NCBI GenBank assembly: GCA_964016885.1
Contig: OZ024762.1
Coordinates: 22,320,001-22,384,000 of the forward strand
Source of the DNA: Eledone cirrhosa
Lineage: Eukaryota
DNA: 64,000 nt
Direction of reading: 5' to 3'
Positions within the stretch are counted from its first letter, which is position 1. Every line of letters begins with the position of its first letter. The position numbers were made by a program, and so were the translations under genes. Shown here piece by piece: positions 1 through 15,157 of this stretch. The notes beneath the pieces are model-generated. The model did no database searches, was not told where the DNA came from, and saw nothing but the letters and a program-made list of their open reading frames with translations.

Positions 1-282
1 CAGAAACGAAGAAAGAAATCCCCAGTCACTGAAGAGGTCACAGAGTGTGTGACGAAAGAACTATGACTATATATATATAAACAACTATCTGGTTGTGGAA
101 CCAACCAACCAACCAGAAATTTATAAATTTGTAAATTTATAAATATATAATAAATTAAATTGAAGTGAAAGCAACTGGTGCGTGTGTTTCTTATTGGCAA
201 CATGACCCTCCCAAAGTATAACAATATCGGTTTCAACACACGATTTCAGATAAAGAATCTTGCTAAACAAATTCAGAAACGA
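1..282 (+). mobile_element. PLE-type terminal repeat family A, ending in (TA)n
   Basis: Near-identical to both arms of the 9790-10348 palindrome; contains a hammerhead motif; related fragments at 28127-28178, 28255-28350 and 35196-35285. Confidence 0.7.
24..68 (+). ncRNA. Minimal type I hammerhead ribozyme motif (family A)
   Basis: AGTCA-CTGAAGA-G-GTCACA(gagtg)TGTGAC-GAAA-GAAC-TA-TGACT: 5-bp stem I, 6-bp stem II, intact core. Confidence 0.75.
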
Positions 283-411
283 TATATATATATATATATA
301 TATATATACTTGTGTATAATGGTAGCAGATAAAGAGAATATTTACTTACATGCATATCACCAGCTGTTGTCAAATATTTATTTCATTGTTTTAACTTATA
401 TATATATATAT

Positions 412-473
412 TACTCTTTTACTCTTTTACCTGTTACAGCCATCCGGCTGAGGCCATGCTGGGGCACCGCCCT
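412..473 (-). mobile_element. 3' fragment of a SINE-like repeat
   Basis: ttactcttttactcttttacctg...gccatgctggggcaccgcc resembles a common octopus SINE end (recalled, not searched). Confidence 0.4.
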
Positions 474-487
474 TGTATGTATAACGG

Positions 488-535
<48 letters not shown>

Positions 536-585
536 ATTTATATATATATATATTTATATATATATATATATATATATACGTAGGT

Positions 586-645
586 CCCGGGTTGAGTCGG
601 GGATAACCACAGTAAGTAAGGTACTCAATACATGGCAGAGTAAAA
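586..645 (+). repeat. Dispersed (TA)n-flanked repeat family I
   Basis: Matches 57037-57105; the continuation 57105-57155 matches 3110-3162 on the minus strand. Confidence 0.6.
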
Positions 646-696
646 TTTTTTTTTATATATATATATATATATATAAAAAAAATTTTTATATATATA

Positions 697-737
<41 letters not shown>

Positions 738-753
738 ATACATGTTGTAACAT

Positions 754-821
754 CTCTGTCTGACGACCGATCCAGAAGTATATTATTATCGTCTATGATC
801 CAGAAATCTTTGGTAATGGAG
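754..821 (+). ncRNA. Candidate hammerhead motif with long, imperfect stem II
   Basis: CTCTGT-CTGACGA-...GATC/GATC...-GAAA-TCTTTGG-TA-ATGGAG: 6-bp stem I including GU pairs, GUA site, base of stem II mismatched. Confidence 0.45.
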
Positions 822-966
822 TAGTTATATTTTGTGTTGTTCACTCTCTAATTAAATAGCTCTGTTCTATACATAGAGCACTCTTTTGTCCTTTGTATTT
901 CCTTCGGAATTACCTAATACACACTCACACACACACATATATATTTAAAATATATATATATATTTA

Positions 967-997
<31 letters not shown>

Positions 998-1010
998 CTA
1001 TATATCTATG

Positions 1011-1124
<114 letters not shown>

Positions 1125-1312
1125 TATATATATATATATATGCATATATATATATATACACATATATATTTTAAATATATAAATATATATATATATATAT
1201 ATTTTAAATATATATATATATATATGCATATATATATATATATATATATATGCATATATATATATACACATATATATTTTAAATATATAAATATATATAT
1301 ATATATATATTT

Positions 1313-1346
<34 letters not shown>

Positions 1347-1526
1347 TATATATATATATGCATATATATATATATGCATATATATATATATGCATATATA
1401 TATATACGCATATATATTTTAAATATATAAATATATATATATGCATATATATATATATATATATATATAAATATATATATATGCATATATATATATATAT
1501 ATGCATATATATATATATATAAAATA

Positions 1527-1573
<47 letters not shown>

Positions 1574-1976
1574 ATATATGTAAATTAAGTCGCCATATAT
1601 ATAGTAGAGTATAGTACAGTATAGCTGGGAGATGTAACGTGGACAAATGTATGTACGTACTCTAAACTATAAATCTATCGTCTGGTTTAGATAAATGACT
1701 TTATGAAATGAAAGCTATTTTCCGATTAATGGATTTTACGATATAGACTTCTGTTTTTGTTACCATTAAGCTGTTCATTGGTTATATAAAGACCTCTTCG
1801 TGTCTGCTCTGCTAATATTCTAAGATATTTATGAATATAAGTATGTATGTATGACATGTCTATATGTAGGTATAAATGAAGGTATTTATGTATGTATGTA
1901 TGTATAAAGGTATGTATTTATGTATGTATGAATGTATGTGTATATATATATATATATATGCACGTATGAAGGTATG

Positions 1977-2007
<31 letters not shown>

Positions 2008-2264
2008 ATGTATTATGTAAGTATGTGTATATATATATGTATGTATGAATGAATGAGTGTCTGTATATATCTATGTATGTTTGTACGTATGTATGTATGT
2101 ATGTAGGTATTAACACAGTTGTCTATATACAAGTAAATGAATACAAATATATAATTATATATATATATATATATATAATATATATAGCGAAGAGAGGGGG
2201 GGGTCGATAGACATATATTTCAATGCGGTACATTAATTTATGTATATGCTTATATAAATATATA

Positions 2265-2374
<110 letters not shown>

Positions 2375-2875
2375 CATACATACACGCACGAGACGAAGCA
2401 TAACTCCTATTAATTCCATTCTCTTCCTCATCAGACACAAAACTATAATGACCGTCGTTTAATGATGGCGGCCATTTTCCCCTATTGAAAAATGGCGTAT
2501 TTTAATACATTTGAGAGTAGACTTGAAAGTCTATTTGCCATAACAATTAATTATAGTGAAAACTCCTTGTTCACGCAAGGTGTAACTCTATAAATTTCCA
2601 CTTCTGCAAATATGAAGATTAACTTTAAGCTCAAGCAAATTCGAATTTGCATCTTTTACACTTGGGTTTTTATATCGGAAAATAAAATAAAGGTAAATAA
2701 GTAGATAAATAAATGATAGAAGATAAAATGGAAAAGAAAAATAAGAATGATATAAAATAAAATAAAACAAATTTAAGTAGTAGATAAATCAGTAAAACCA
2801 TTGTAAAGGAAATAATAAAATCATACTTAAATATATGCTCACATATAGCCATATAGATGCATGCTTATATATATA

Positions 2876-2918
<43 letters not shown>

Positions 2919-3061
2919 TTGTACTGTATGAAATTTAAACAAATAGCAATCTGAACTACTTTCTTTGTATAAAACAGAAAGAATTTTCGAACTCCAGTAA
3001 GATGTGGGACATCACAACAGAAATACAAAGACTCCTGTGGCATTTTGAGTTTCTTTTCCTT

Positions 3062-3095
<34 letters not shown>

Positions 3096-3222
3096 ATATA
3101 TATAATTATAATATAGATGAGATTCTACAGGTCTAGAACTGTTTCATTCATTAGAAATCATCAGGAATCTCTATATATAATTATATATATATATACATAT
3201 ATATACATATACATATATATAC

Positions 3223-3254
<32 letters not shown>

Positions 3255-3276
3255 ACATATACATACATATATATAC

Positions 3277-3395
<119 letters not shown>

Positions 3396-3456
3396 TACAT
3401 ATATACATATATACATATACATATATACATATATATATATATATTTATACATATAC

Positions 3457-3490
<34 letters not shown>

Positions 3491-3494
3491 ATAC

Positions 3495-3525
<31 letters not shown>

Positions 3526-3582
3526 ACGAAGGAAATGTGGTAAGGAACCAAGTGGACTATAACCACCGGTGTCCTACTCATT

Positions 3583-3621
<39 letters not shown>

Positions 3622-3624
<3 letters not shown>

Positions 3625-3798
3625 CATACCATATTTTTAATGTGATATCCCTGAAATATATATAATGAAATAAATATGGTTTTATAAATATAGTTTCCAT
3701 TTATTTAATATCGTAAATATACTCCAAATACTTGTTGAGTGCTTTTATATCAGTTATAAATATTTACTCGTTGTAACCCAACAATTTAAATAAAACTT

Positions 3799-3803
<5 letters not shown>
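3622..3803 (+). mobile_element. Family E fragment, truncated inside the hammerhead
   Basis: Matches 26913-27004 and the reverse complement of 35376-35550; starts within stem II right after (TA)n. Confidence 0.65.
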
Positions 3804-3837
<34 letters not shown>

Positions 3838-4011
3838 TATTTACGTGTCGAGAGAGAAAAAAAAGGGGAAGATAGGTGATACATATAGTTATTTGCCAAG
3901 TAGCGTATGCCAAAGTTGCTCGATACTAGTGCCGGCAGTATTAAATATTTGAAGTGTTAATATTTAGTGGGCTAGAGAGTTAGCAGAACGTAAGCACTTT
4001 TGATTATTTAT

Positions 4012-4051
4012 GCCCTTGAGAAGCCCAACTGGGCGAAACGTACGTAGGTGC
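4012..4051 (+). ncRNA. Hammerhead motif with U3-A8 variant core
   Basis: CC-TTGAGAA-GCCC(aact)GGGC-GAAAC-GTAC-GTA-GG: palindromic loop III, GUA site, short stem I. Confidence 0.55.
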
Positions 4052-4128
4052 TGTTTTAAATAAACATGTGTTAACGGTCTGTGTAAAGTATTTCTTACTT
4101 TCCCACGTATATATATACATATATATAT

Positions 4129-4202
<74 letters not shown>

Positions 4203-4594
4203 ATATATATATATGTATATATATATCTATATATATATATATATCTATATATATCTATATATATATATATATAGATATATATATATATATATATCTCTAT
4301 ATATATCTCTATATATATCTATATATATATATCTCTATATATATCTCTATATATATCTATATATATATATATATATATCTCTATATATATCTCTATATAT
4401 ATCTATATATATATATATATATATATCTATATATATATATATATATATATCTCTATATATATCTATATATATATATATATCTATATATCTATATACACAC
4501 AATATATATATACACATATATATATATACACATATATATATATATATCTATATATCTATATACACACAATATATATATACACATATATATATAT

Positions 4595-4633
<39 letters not shown>

Positions 4634-4778
4634 TATATATATACACATATATATACACATAGATATACACATATGTATATATATATACATATATGTATAT
4701 ATATATATACACATATATATATATATACATATATACACATATATATATATATATACATATATACACATATATATATAT

Positions 4779-4851
<73 letters not shown>

Positions 4852-4866
4852 TACACATATATATAT

Positions 4867-5335
<469 letters not shown>

Positions 5336-5346
5336 CATATATATAC

Positions 5347-5661
<315 letters not shown>

Positions 5662-5896
5662 ATCATATATATATATATAATCATATATATATATATAATC
5701 ATATATATATATATATACAGATATATATATATATATACAGATATATATATATACACAGATATATATATATACACAGATATATATATATACACAGATATAT
5801 ATATATACACATATATTTACACATATATATGTATATATATATACATATATGTATATATATATACACATATATATATATATGTATATATATATACAC

Positions 5897-5927
<31 letters not shown>

Positions 5928-5930
5928 TAT

Positions 5931-5973
<43 letters not shown>

Positions 5974-6006
5974 TATACACACACATATATATATATATAT
6001 ACACAC

Positions 6007-6037
<31 letters not shown>

Positions 6038-6469
6038 TATATATACACACATATATATATATACATACATACATACATACATACATACATACATACATAC
6101 ATACATAATTGGATACTTAGTAAAATCGAATCCCTGGCGATGTGCAAGCAAATTCGGCCTACTATGTGAATGCAAAGCACTCGACAAGGTAGGTCCTTAG
6201 AGTAATAACATACGTTTAAATATCTTGACAAATTGAACATTGTGGTAGGCAAAATCTAACACACAATATACCAAAGTAACGAAAAAACTAACACACCTGG
6301 ACAAATACACTTGGACAAATCAAACGTCATACGTTTAAAGTGTTTCTATGAATCCGAAATCAAATATCAGACTTACGTAACTGGCAAGCTCGTGGTATTC
6401 ATGATCGAACAGAGGATTCATTTCATCAACAGGTTTTCGTTCTACATATATATATATATATAGTGAAAG

Positions 6470-6680
6470 ATTGAAGAATAACATGGTCGGCTGTACAAAG
6501 AGGGGTTTATTTTTAGTATTAACAATTGTTTCATTGATCAGATGAATCTAAAGGCCGCTAATCACTCGAAGTTGCCTCACTCGAGTGATTAGTGGTCTTT
6601 AGATTCACCTGATCAATGAAACAATTATTAATACTATAAATAAACTCCTTTTTGTACAGCCGGCCATGTTATTCTTCAAT
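6470..6680. repeat. Inverted repeat with arms of about 100 bp and a 12-nt spacer
   Basis: 6470-6568 is the reverse complement of 6581-6680 with scattered mismatches. Confidence 0.85.
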
Positions 6681-6991
6681 ACCAGTAATACACTGGGTAA
6701 TTGCTGGCCTTGTGCCAAAACTAGAAACAATTATTACTCCAAGAATAACCTGCATGGGTATTCTCGCGATCTCGCTACCTTCCTATGGAATCCTTTTGTA
6801 GAGTCAAACAACGCCGTACGTTAAAACTATCCACAATACTCTAACCGGATTACCATAAACGATAACTTGTTATCCCATATATATATATATATGTATATAT
6901 ATATGTATATATATATCTATATATATATCTATATATATATATCTATATATGGGATATATATACTTGTTATCCTATATATATATATATATAT

Positions 6992-7153
6992 ATGTCCCAA
7001 GGCTCTGATACCATCAACACTATACACACAGAACTGGCATATCTAAGAACTGACTAACTGCCTGATGAGGTCATAGCCATTCAATGGCTATCATCGAAAT
7101 ATATATAGCAGTAAATAAAGGATTATGAGTTCATGCAATTGACTTATGTTTCG

Positions 7154-7159
<6 letters not shown>
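6992..7159 (+). mobile_element. PLE-type terminal repeat family K
   Basis: Second copy at 43146-43335; (TA)n-flanked; carries a hammerhead. Confidence 0.7.
7057..7112 (+). ncRNA. Type I hammerhead ribozyme motif (family K)
   Basis: ACTGC-CTGATGA-GGTc-ATAGCCAT(tca)ATGGCTAT-cATC-GAAA-TATATA-TA-GCAGT: canonical core, 5-bp stem I, predicted cut after 7107. Confidence 0.8.
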
Positions 7160-7186
<27 letters not shown>

Positions 7187-7192
<6 letters not shown>

Positions 7193-7742
7193 AATAGGAT
7201 TTCGCTTCAAGCATAGCTTTATACAATATGTATAAATATTTCGTATCTCCAAAGAAATACAGTTTTAGGAAGCCGTAGCTATGCAAACACGGGGGAGGGG
7301 GGGGGGGCTAACACCCTGTGGTGATGTCCAACAGAAGCAAGGGGGACAATAGTTAGTCCCTCCCCCACCGGTGTTTGCATAGCTACGGCTTTCTAAAACC
7401 GTATTTCTTTGGAGATACGAAATATTTATACATATTGTATAAAGCTCTGCTTGAAGCGAAATCCTATTTCTTTTTTATTATAAGTTGAGCCAACTTATGC
7501 AGCTTTATATGCAAATGAGATTAATCACCTCATTTACACAGACGAGAAAAGTATATATTCTCGGCTGTCTTCTACTTTAGCAGTCGCAAACGTTGGGAGG
7601 GACCGTCCTGACGAAGGCCAGTTAAGCGTGAAATGCATAGACGGTTGTCGCCCTTGTTTCTGTGGGACACCACCAGAGGGCGTTAGCCCCCCGGTGTTTG
7701 CATAGCTAAGGCTTCCTAAAACTGTATTTCTTTGGAGATACG

Positions 7743-7748
<6 letters not shown>
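7187..7748. mobile_element. Family M: inverted copy followed by a partial tandem with a 323-bp period
   Basis: 7187-7291 is inverted relative to 7370-7474; GGTGTTTGCATAGC recurs at 7370 and 7693; (TA)n on both sides. Confidence 0.75.
7602..7645 (+). ncRNA. Minimal type I hammerhead motif (family M)
   Basis: ACCGTC-CTGACGA-AGGC(cagttaa)GCGT-GAAA-TGCA-TA-GACGGT: 6-bp stem I, palindromic TGCA loop III, one mismatch in stem II. Confidence 0.75.
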
Positions 7749-7780
<32 letters not shown>

Positions 7781-8285
7781 TTTGTATTAAATAGTGATGT
7801 TAATACTCTACTAATGTGTTGAGTACATTACTTATTGTGGTTACCCCCGATTAAAAAGAGGATCTACACACATACACACACTCACACACACAGTCGCACG
7901 CACACACAGCTACACGCATACACACATACACACACACATATATATATAATATTAAACGCTATATTGAGATATATGAATTGAGAAACTAATTATCGATGCT
8001 CTAAACAACTTTATTGAGCTTTTACTGAGAAACATTATACATATTTTATATGTATTGATTAAACCTAAAATTAAGTTATATACATATATGTATGTATGTA
8101 TATGTGTATATGCGTGTATATATATAATAGAAAGTACGAGAAAGTCTCGTTTACATCTGAAAAATATTTATTGCGTATCGACCAGTACGCGCGTTTTGCC
8201 GTGGGTATAAATATATATATATATATATATATATTACAAAATAACAGGAGGCATGGACTGGTGTAAATCCTTGAAAGGTTTATTA

Positions 8286-8341
8286 TACTATGATCATTTC
8301 AATGACCGGGTTCAGTACGAATCCGGTGACATCATCAGGTA
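8286..8341 (-). ncRNA. Type I hammerhead motif (family D)
   Basis: Minus strand TAC-CTGATGA-tgtc-ACCGG...CCGGT-catt-GAAA-TGATCA-TA-GTA; palindromic loop III. Confidence 0.7.
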
Positions 8342-9329
8342 ATTCAAAATATAACGAAGGAATATAACAGATAAAAATCCATGGTGCTGAAAATCAGACA
8401 GAAGGGTGGCCGGCAATTTAGCAGCTTCTACCTCTGTCGGCCGCCCTCAAGTGTTGATTATTAGGTCCACATATGACCACTTGGTGTGGGGGCGCCAGCC
8501 TTTAATGTACTACTACCATCCCGTCAGATGGAAATGTCAGCGCTGAGGTCACGCGTCAATCAGGCTGGTCAGGCATGCTCGAAATTGCCGCGAAATATGT
8601 TTTTCCAAGAACAAATATCTTCAACAAAGACACACATAGAGATTAAAAAGGGTGAGAGTGTGTGTGAATGAGAGAGATAGAGAGTCACAGAGGGAGTAAA
8701 TCATAGAGAGAGTGTGGGAGAATGAAAAAGAGAGAGTGAGAAAGAGAGTGTGTGTGTGTGTGTGTGTAAGTGATATAGTGAGAAGGTGACAATTAACATC
8801 AAGAGACTTTTCTGAAGAAGTTTAAGTGTCATATATATAGTCACGATAAATTATCAGGGTTGTATATAGAGTAAAATTATGCCCTTGCTAGCGGTCAATA
8901 ACCAGCGACGACTCCGGACCCCGCGCCAGCCACCCCCTCCCACGTGCCAGCTGTTCCGAGTAATATTGTCTAGCAAAAGAAATGGAAATATGTTTTTCCG
9001 AGCACTCCATGAATGTAACTCTCTTAGGCGTTATATTACATCGAGGTTGACCACACGGAATGACCAGTTCTATCCAGTGGTGAACCAACAAGCCCAAATA
9101 AATATATATATTGTATGTATGTATGTATGTACACGCGCGCGCGTGCATATGCATATATATATATATATATATATAGTCTTTTGGAAGGCTCAACAATGCA
9201 GATGGGTAAATAATCGGGTAACAGAATCGGGTGGTAATGAGAGAGATGTAAGAGGAAATGTAGAAAGAGACGTAGAGAGAGTAAAAGAACGTAGGAAAGG
9301 TGTAAAAAATAGTAACACGAGATAGTTAC

Positions 9330-9389
9330 CTTGGAAGTGATTTAATAGTCCCTATATTTCGGATTTCACATCCATCAACTAGGAGTTTT
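9330..9389 (-). other. Candidate 60-nt phase 2-2 coding exon (KLLVDGCEIRNIGTIKSLP)
   Basis: Minus strand aactttttccccctcag| acceptor and aag|gtaact donor; frame open; loosely LRR-like spacing. Confidence 0.3.
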
Positions 9390-9452
9390 CTGAGGGGGAA
9401 AAAGTTGTGAGTTGTGTCGGAGAGTGATAACACGTGACCTCCGCTGTTTACC

Positions 9453-9499
<47 letters not shown>

Positions 9500-9584
9500 A
9501 GTAAGTAAGACCCCGACGGCTGAGCTCAAGCCGTTTCGACGGCTAATTCTGTACTCAGTACAAAATTAGCCCTTTTTTTCAACA

Positions 9585-9670
<86 letters not shown>

Positions 9671-9789
9671 GTAATAATAATAAATGTCAAGTCTAAAGTC
9701 CGAAGAGTGAGCGTTTCAGAATATTCCGTTAAGGGTGAAAGTAGCGACTCTTTGCTTAAACTTTAATCTGTTATTTTAGTAAATATATT

Positions 9790-10348
9790 TCGTTTCTGAA
9801 TTTGTTTAGCAAGATTCTTTATCTGAAATCGTGTGTTGAAACCGATATTGTTATACTTTGGGAGGGTCATGTTGCCAATAAGAAACACACGCACCAGTTG
9901 CTTTCACTTCAATTTATTATAATAAATTTATAAATTTCTGGTTGGTTGGTTGGTTCCACAACCAGATAGTTGTTTATATATTGTCATAGTTCTTTCGTCA
10001 CACACTCTGTGACCTCTTCAGTGACTGGGGATTCCTTTCTTTGTTTCTGTGCCTCTCCTTTGTTCTGTCCTACGCCATTTTGTTTCTGAGACACACAGAA
10101 ACAAAATGGCGTAGGACAGAACAAAGGAGAGGCACAGAAACAAAGAAAGGAATCCCCAGTCACTGAAAAGGTCACAGTGTGTGACGAAAGAACTATGACA
10201 ATATATAAACAACTATCTGGTTGTGGAACCAACCAACCAACCAGAAATTTATAAATTTATTATAAATTTATTAGAATAAATTGAAGTGAAAGCAACTGGT
10301 GCGTGTGTTTCTTATTGGCAACATGACCCTCCCAAAGCATAACAATAT
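9790..10348. mobile_element. Family A palindrome: arms of about 245-250 bp, 7-nt loop, one hammerhead per arm
   Basis: 9845-10088 is the reverse complement of 10096-10348; hammerheads at 9983-10025(-) and 10159-10199(+, core mutated to CTGAAAA). Confidence 0.85.
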
Positions 10349-10526
10349 TAGTAAATATATATATATATATATATATATTGATCGATAAAAGGCTTTGGGT
10401 GCGCCGCTGATCGCTTTTGATGTCCTGTTTTAAGTGCCGAAACATCTATGATCTGCGGTCAACAACTGATCAAGGATTTCTCTTGTTTCGTCCGTATTAC
10501 CATCTTAAACTTTGTTTCTTGGAATA

Positions 10527-10639
<113 letters not shown>

Positions 10640-11295
10640 AATACCAGGCGCGTTGCTTGTGTTTTTATATTTCATTAGTTCTTAGATACTTAGAATCCTT
10701 AGGATAGATAGGAATTACTGGGATAATTATTACACATATATATTCTCTTTGTGATGTTCGTGTTAATCTTCGGTTGCTCAGCTGTTCAGATGCTAAGAAA
10801 ATTTCGTTTCGTTTTGAGATAATGCGTCGTAGCGAATGAAACGATGGCTCCATTTGAGTCTGAAAAAGAAAAAAAAAAACATAAAAAAAAAGAAAAGAAA
10901 TAGATAAGTGGATAAATAACCAGGCAATTATAAAACCTAAATGAAATTTGTTTATCTTAAATTCTTTTTTTTTTTTTTTCCTTATTTGAAAACCATTCCA
11001 GAACATTCCTCTCAGTTCTTTAATTACATACTGTAAAAGAATTATTTTCTAATCGGTAAAATTCTCCAATGTCATCTGTGGTGCTTGTGGGTGCGCAGTG
11101 CCTTGATGCGGTGTTGTTTGGGGTTTGGTTGCGTTTAGTTTGTTATATTATCTGTCAGGATCTTAAAGGAAAGAAACAATACAAAAGTTCAAACTAGTTC
11201 ACCTGTATTTTCATCTTGTCTTGGAAAGAAAAGATTTACCTGTGGAAAAATGTCAGCGACCTACGTTAAACTGTGTTGATTATAACTTACAAGGT

Positions 11296-11583
11296 ACACA
11301 CACACACGCACACGCACGCACACACACGCACACACAAATACGTACGTACGTACGTACATACATGCATACATATGCGCACAAATATATATATATGTACATA
11401 TAAACATATATATATATACATACATAAATACACACACACATACATGCATACGTACATAAATACATACATAAATATTTACGTACATACATACATGCATACA
11501 TATACAGACACATATATATATATATATATATACATATGCATTTATATACATACATACACACATACATACATAAGTACATAAAT

Positions 11584-11620
<37 letters not shown>

Positions 11621-12397
11621 ACACACACCACACACACACATATATATATATATATACATATATACATATACATATATATATACATATATGCGTGCATGAA
11701 TTCATACGTACATTCATACATACATACATATAACATACATACATATATATACATACAAACACATAAATACATACAAACATACATATATACATACATACAT
11801 GCAAACAAACATACATACATGCATGTAAACATACATACAAACATACATATATATACATACATACATGCAAACAAACATACATACATGCATGTAAACATAC
11901 ATACAAACATACATATATACATACATACATGCAAACAAACATACATACATGCATGTAAACATACATACAAACATACATATATACATACATACATGCAAAC
12001 AAACATACATACATGCATGTAAACATACATACATACAAACATACATATATACATACATACATGCAAACAAACAAACATACATACAAACATACATACATAC
12101 ATACATATGTACATACATACATATACATACTTCGATAGATTTAAACATGTACATACATGAATAGTTTCATACATCTCTCCCGACCTACCTACCTACATAT
12201 ATACATTCTTACGTACTTAAATACTTAAATACACACATACTTATATACATACATGCATATATACATATATATTTAAACACTGAGGTATACAAATAAAACG
12301 ACCATAACAAAAAGAAGAATGTGTTTTCCAATATATTGACAGTGTCAAGGTCAGGACAATACTTCTGTAGAGATGTAAAGGTTTACATATTGATATA

Positions 12398-12440
<43 letters not shown>

Positions 12441-12452
12441 CCAGGGGGTGTA

Positions 12453-12510
<58 letters not shown>

Positions 12511-12827
12511 AAATACACATATATCTACATACATATACATATATAGATACATACATATATATATATATATATATGCATATATTTTTATATATATGTATAT
12601 ATATATATGTGTTTATATATATGTATATATATATATATATATATATAATTATATGTATATATATATATATAATTATATGTATATATATATATATATGATT
12701 ATATGTATATATATAATTATATGTATATATACATATATAATTATATGTATATATATATAATTATATGTATATATATATAATTATATGTATATATATGTAT
12801 ATATATATATATATGTATATATATATG

Positions 12828-12860
<33 letters not shown>

Positions 12861-12881
12861 GCGCATATTTATATACATGTG

Positions 12882-12914
<33 letters not shown>

Positions 12915-12979
12915 GCACATATTTATATATATATATATTTATATATATATGTATATATATATATATATATGCACATATT

Positions 12980-13021
<42 letters not shown>

Positions 13022-13290
13022 TGCACATATTTATATATATGTATATATATGCACATATTTATATATATATATATATATGCACATATTTATATATATATAT
13101 AAATGCACATATTTATGTATATATATATGCACATATTTATGTATATATATATATGCACATATTTATATATATATATGCACATATTTATATATATATATAA
13201 ATGCACATATTTATGTATATATATATATATATATATGCACATATTTATATGTATATATGTATATATATATACATATATATATGCACATAT

Positions 13291-13342
<52 letters not shown>

Positions 13343-13398
13343 GCACATATTTATATATACATATATATATGCACATATTTATATATACACATATATAT

Positions 13399-13439
<41 letters not shown>

Positions 13440-13493
13440 AACAATAAACATCCTGCTGTATTTCTGAGATCGATTTATAGATATTTCTATATC

Positions 13494-13565
<72 letters not shown>

Positions 13566-14101
13566 CATGTATATATACATAAATGTATATATAATATATA
13601 TATACATATACATGTATATATACATAATACATATATATAAACATATACATATTTATATTTATATAAATATATATATAAACATATATATATATATATTTAT
13701 AAACGGAAAAAATGAAACGAAATTTCATTTCTCACTCTTACGGCTGTTACTTAAATATAAGTATGTATACGTACATACATATATGTATACAGACGTACAG
13801 TAGTATGTATATATATATATACATACTACTTATATATATACTACATACTTATATATACATATATATATATATATTAATATAAATATATATATAAACATAT
13901 ATATAATATATATATATATATATTTATATATATTTATATAAATATATATAAACATATATATAATACATATATATATATATATTTATATATATAAATATAT
14001 ATATAATACATATATATATATAAACACACACACACAGACACACGTATCTCTATATATCTCTATATTTATATACATTATCTATATATATATATATAAACAC
14101 A

Positions 14102-14136
<35 letters not shown>

Positions 14137-14531
14137 CTCTATATATCTCTATATTTATATACATTATATATATATATAAGCACACCCACACACACACACA
14201 TCTCTATATATCTCAATATTTATATACATTATATCTATATATATATATATAAACACACAAACACACACACACACACATATCTCTATATATCTCTATATTT
14301 ATATACATTATCTCTATATATATATATAAACACACACATATTTCTATATATCTCTATATTTATATACATTATATACATTATCTATATATATAAACACACA
14401 CACCCACACACATATCTCTATATATCTCTATATTTATATACATTATATATATATATATAAACACACACACATACATATCTCTATATATCTCTATATTTAT
14501 ATAAATTATCTCTATATATATAAACACACAA

Positions 14532-14567
<36 letters not shown>

Positions 14568-14677
14568 CTCTATATATCTCAATATTTATATACATTATCT
14601 ATATATACAAACACACACACACACACACACACATCTCTATATATCTCTATATTTATATACATTATCTATATATATAT

Positions 14678-14763
<86 letters not shown>

Positions 14764-15120
14764 CTATATATAATGTAGAAGCTCTTGTTGTTACAGTTCG
14801 CTCTTGTCTTCTATTCTATGATGAATGATTTCATGTCCTTTTTTCTTTACTTCATTTAAATCAATTCTGCTTCTCTCTTTTTTTCTTTATTTCTAAGAAA
14901 AAAAACAAACATAGAAGAAATTCTTTGAAATACGAGAAACTTCGCCATTTTTCACTGTCACAGTCTCTGACTAATGGCTCCTGAGCATGCGCACTGATTC
15001 ATATGTCTATATTTCTATCCGTTTATCTATTTCGTTTATCGAGCGGCCATTTTTTATTTCTGTATGTTTCTGTTTTTTCTTATCTGTGCCACAACATTGT
15101 CACATCGAATATAACCTTAT

Positions 15121-15157
<37 letters not shown>

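Noticed and set aside
2385-2436. Minus-strand CTGATGAG-GAAG...CTTC..CTC hammerhead-like start
   Set aside because: There is no GAAA or stem I partner; at most a truncated remnant.
6575-6635. Hammerhead inside the 6470-6680 palindrome (GAAA-CAATTG-TT)
   Set aside because: No recognisable CTGANGA core is in register.
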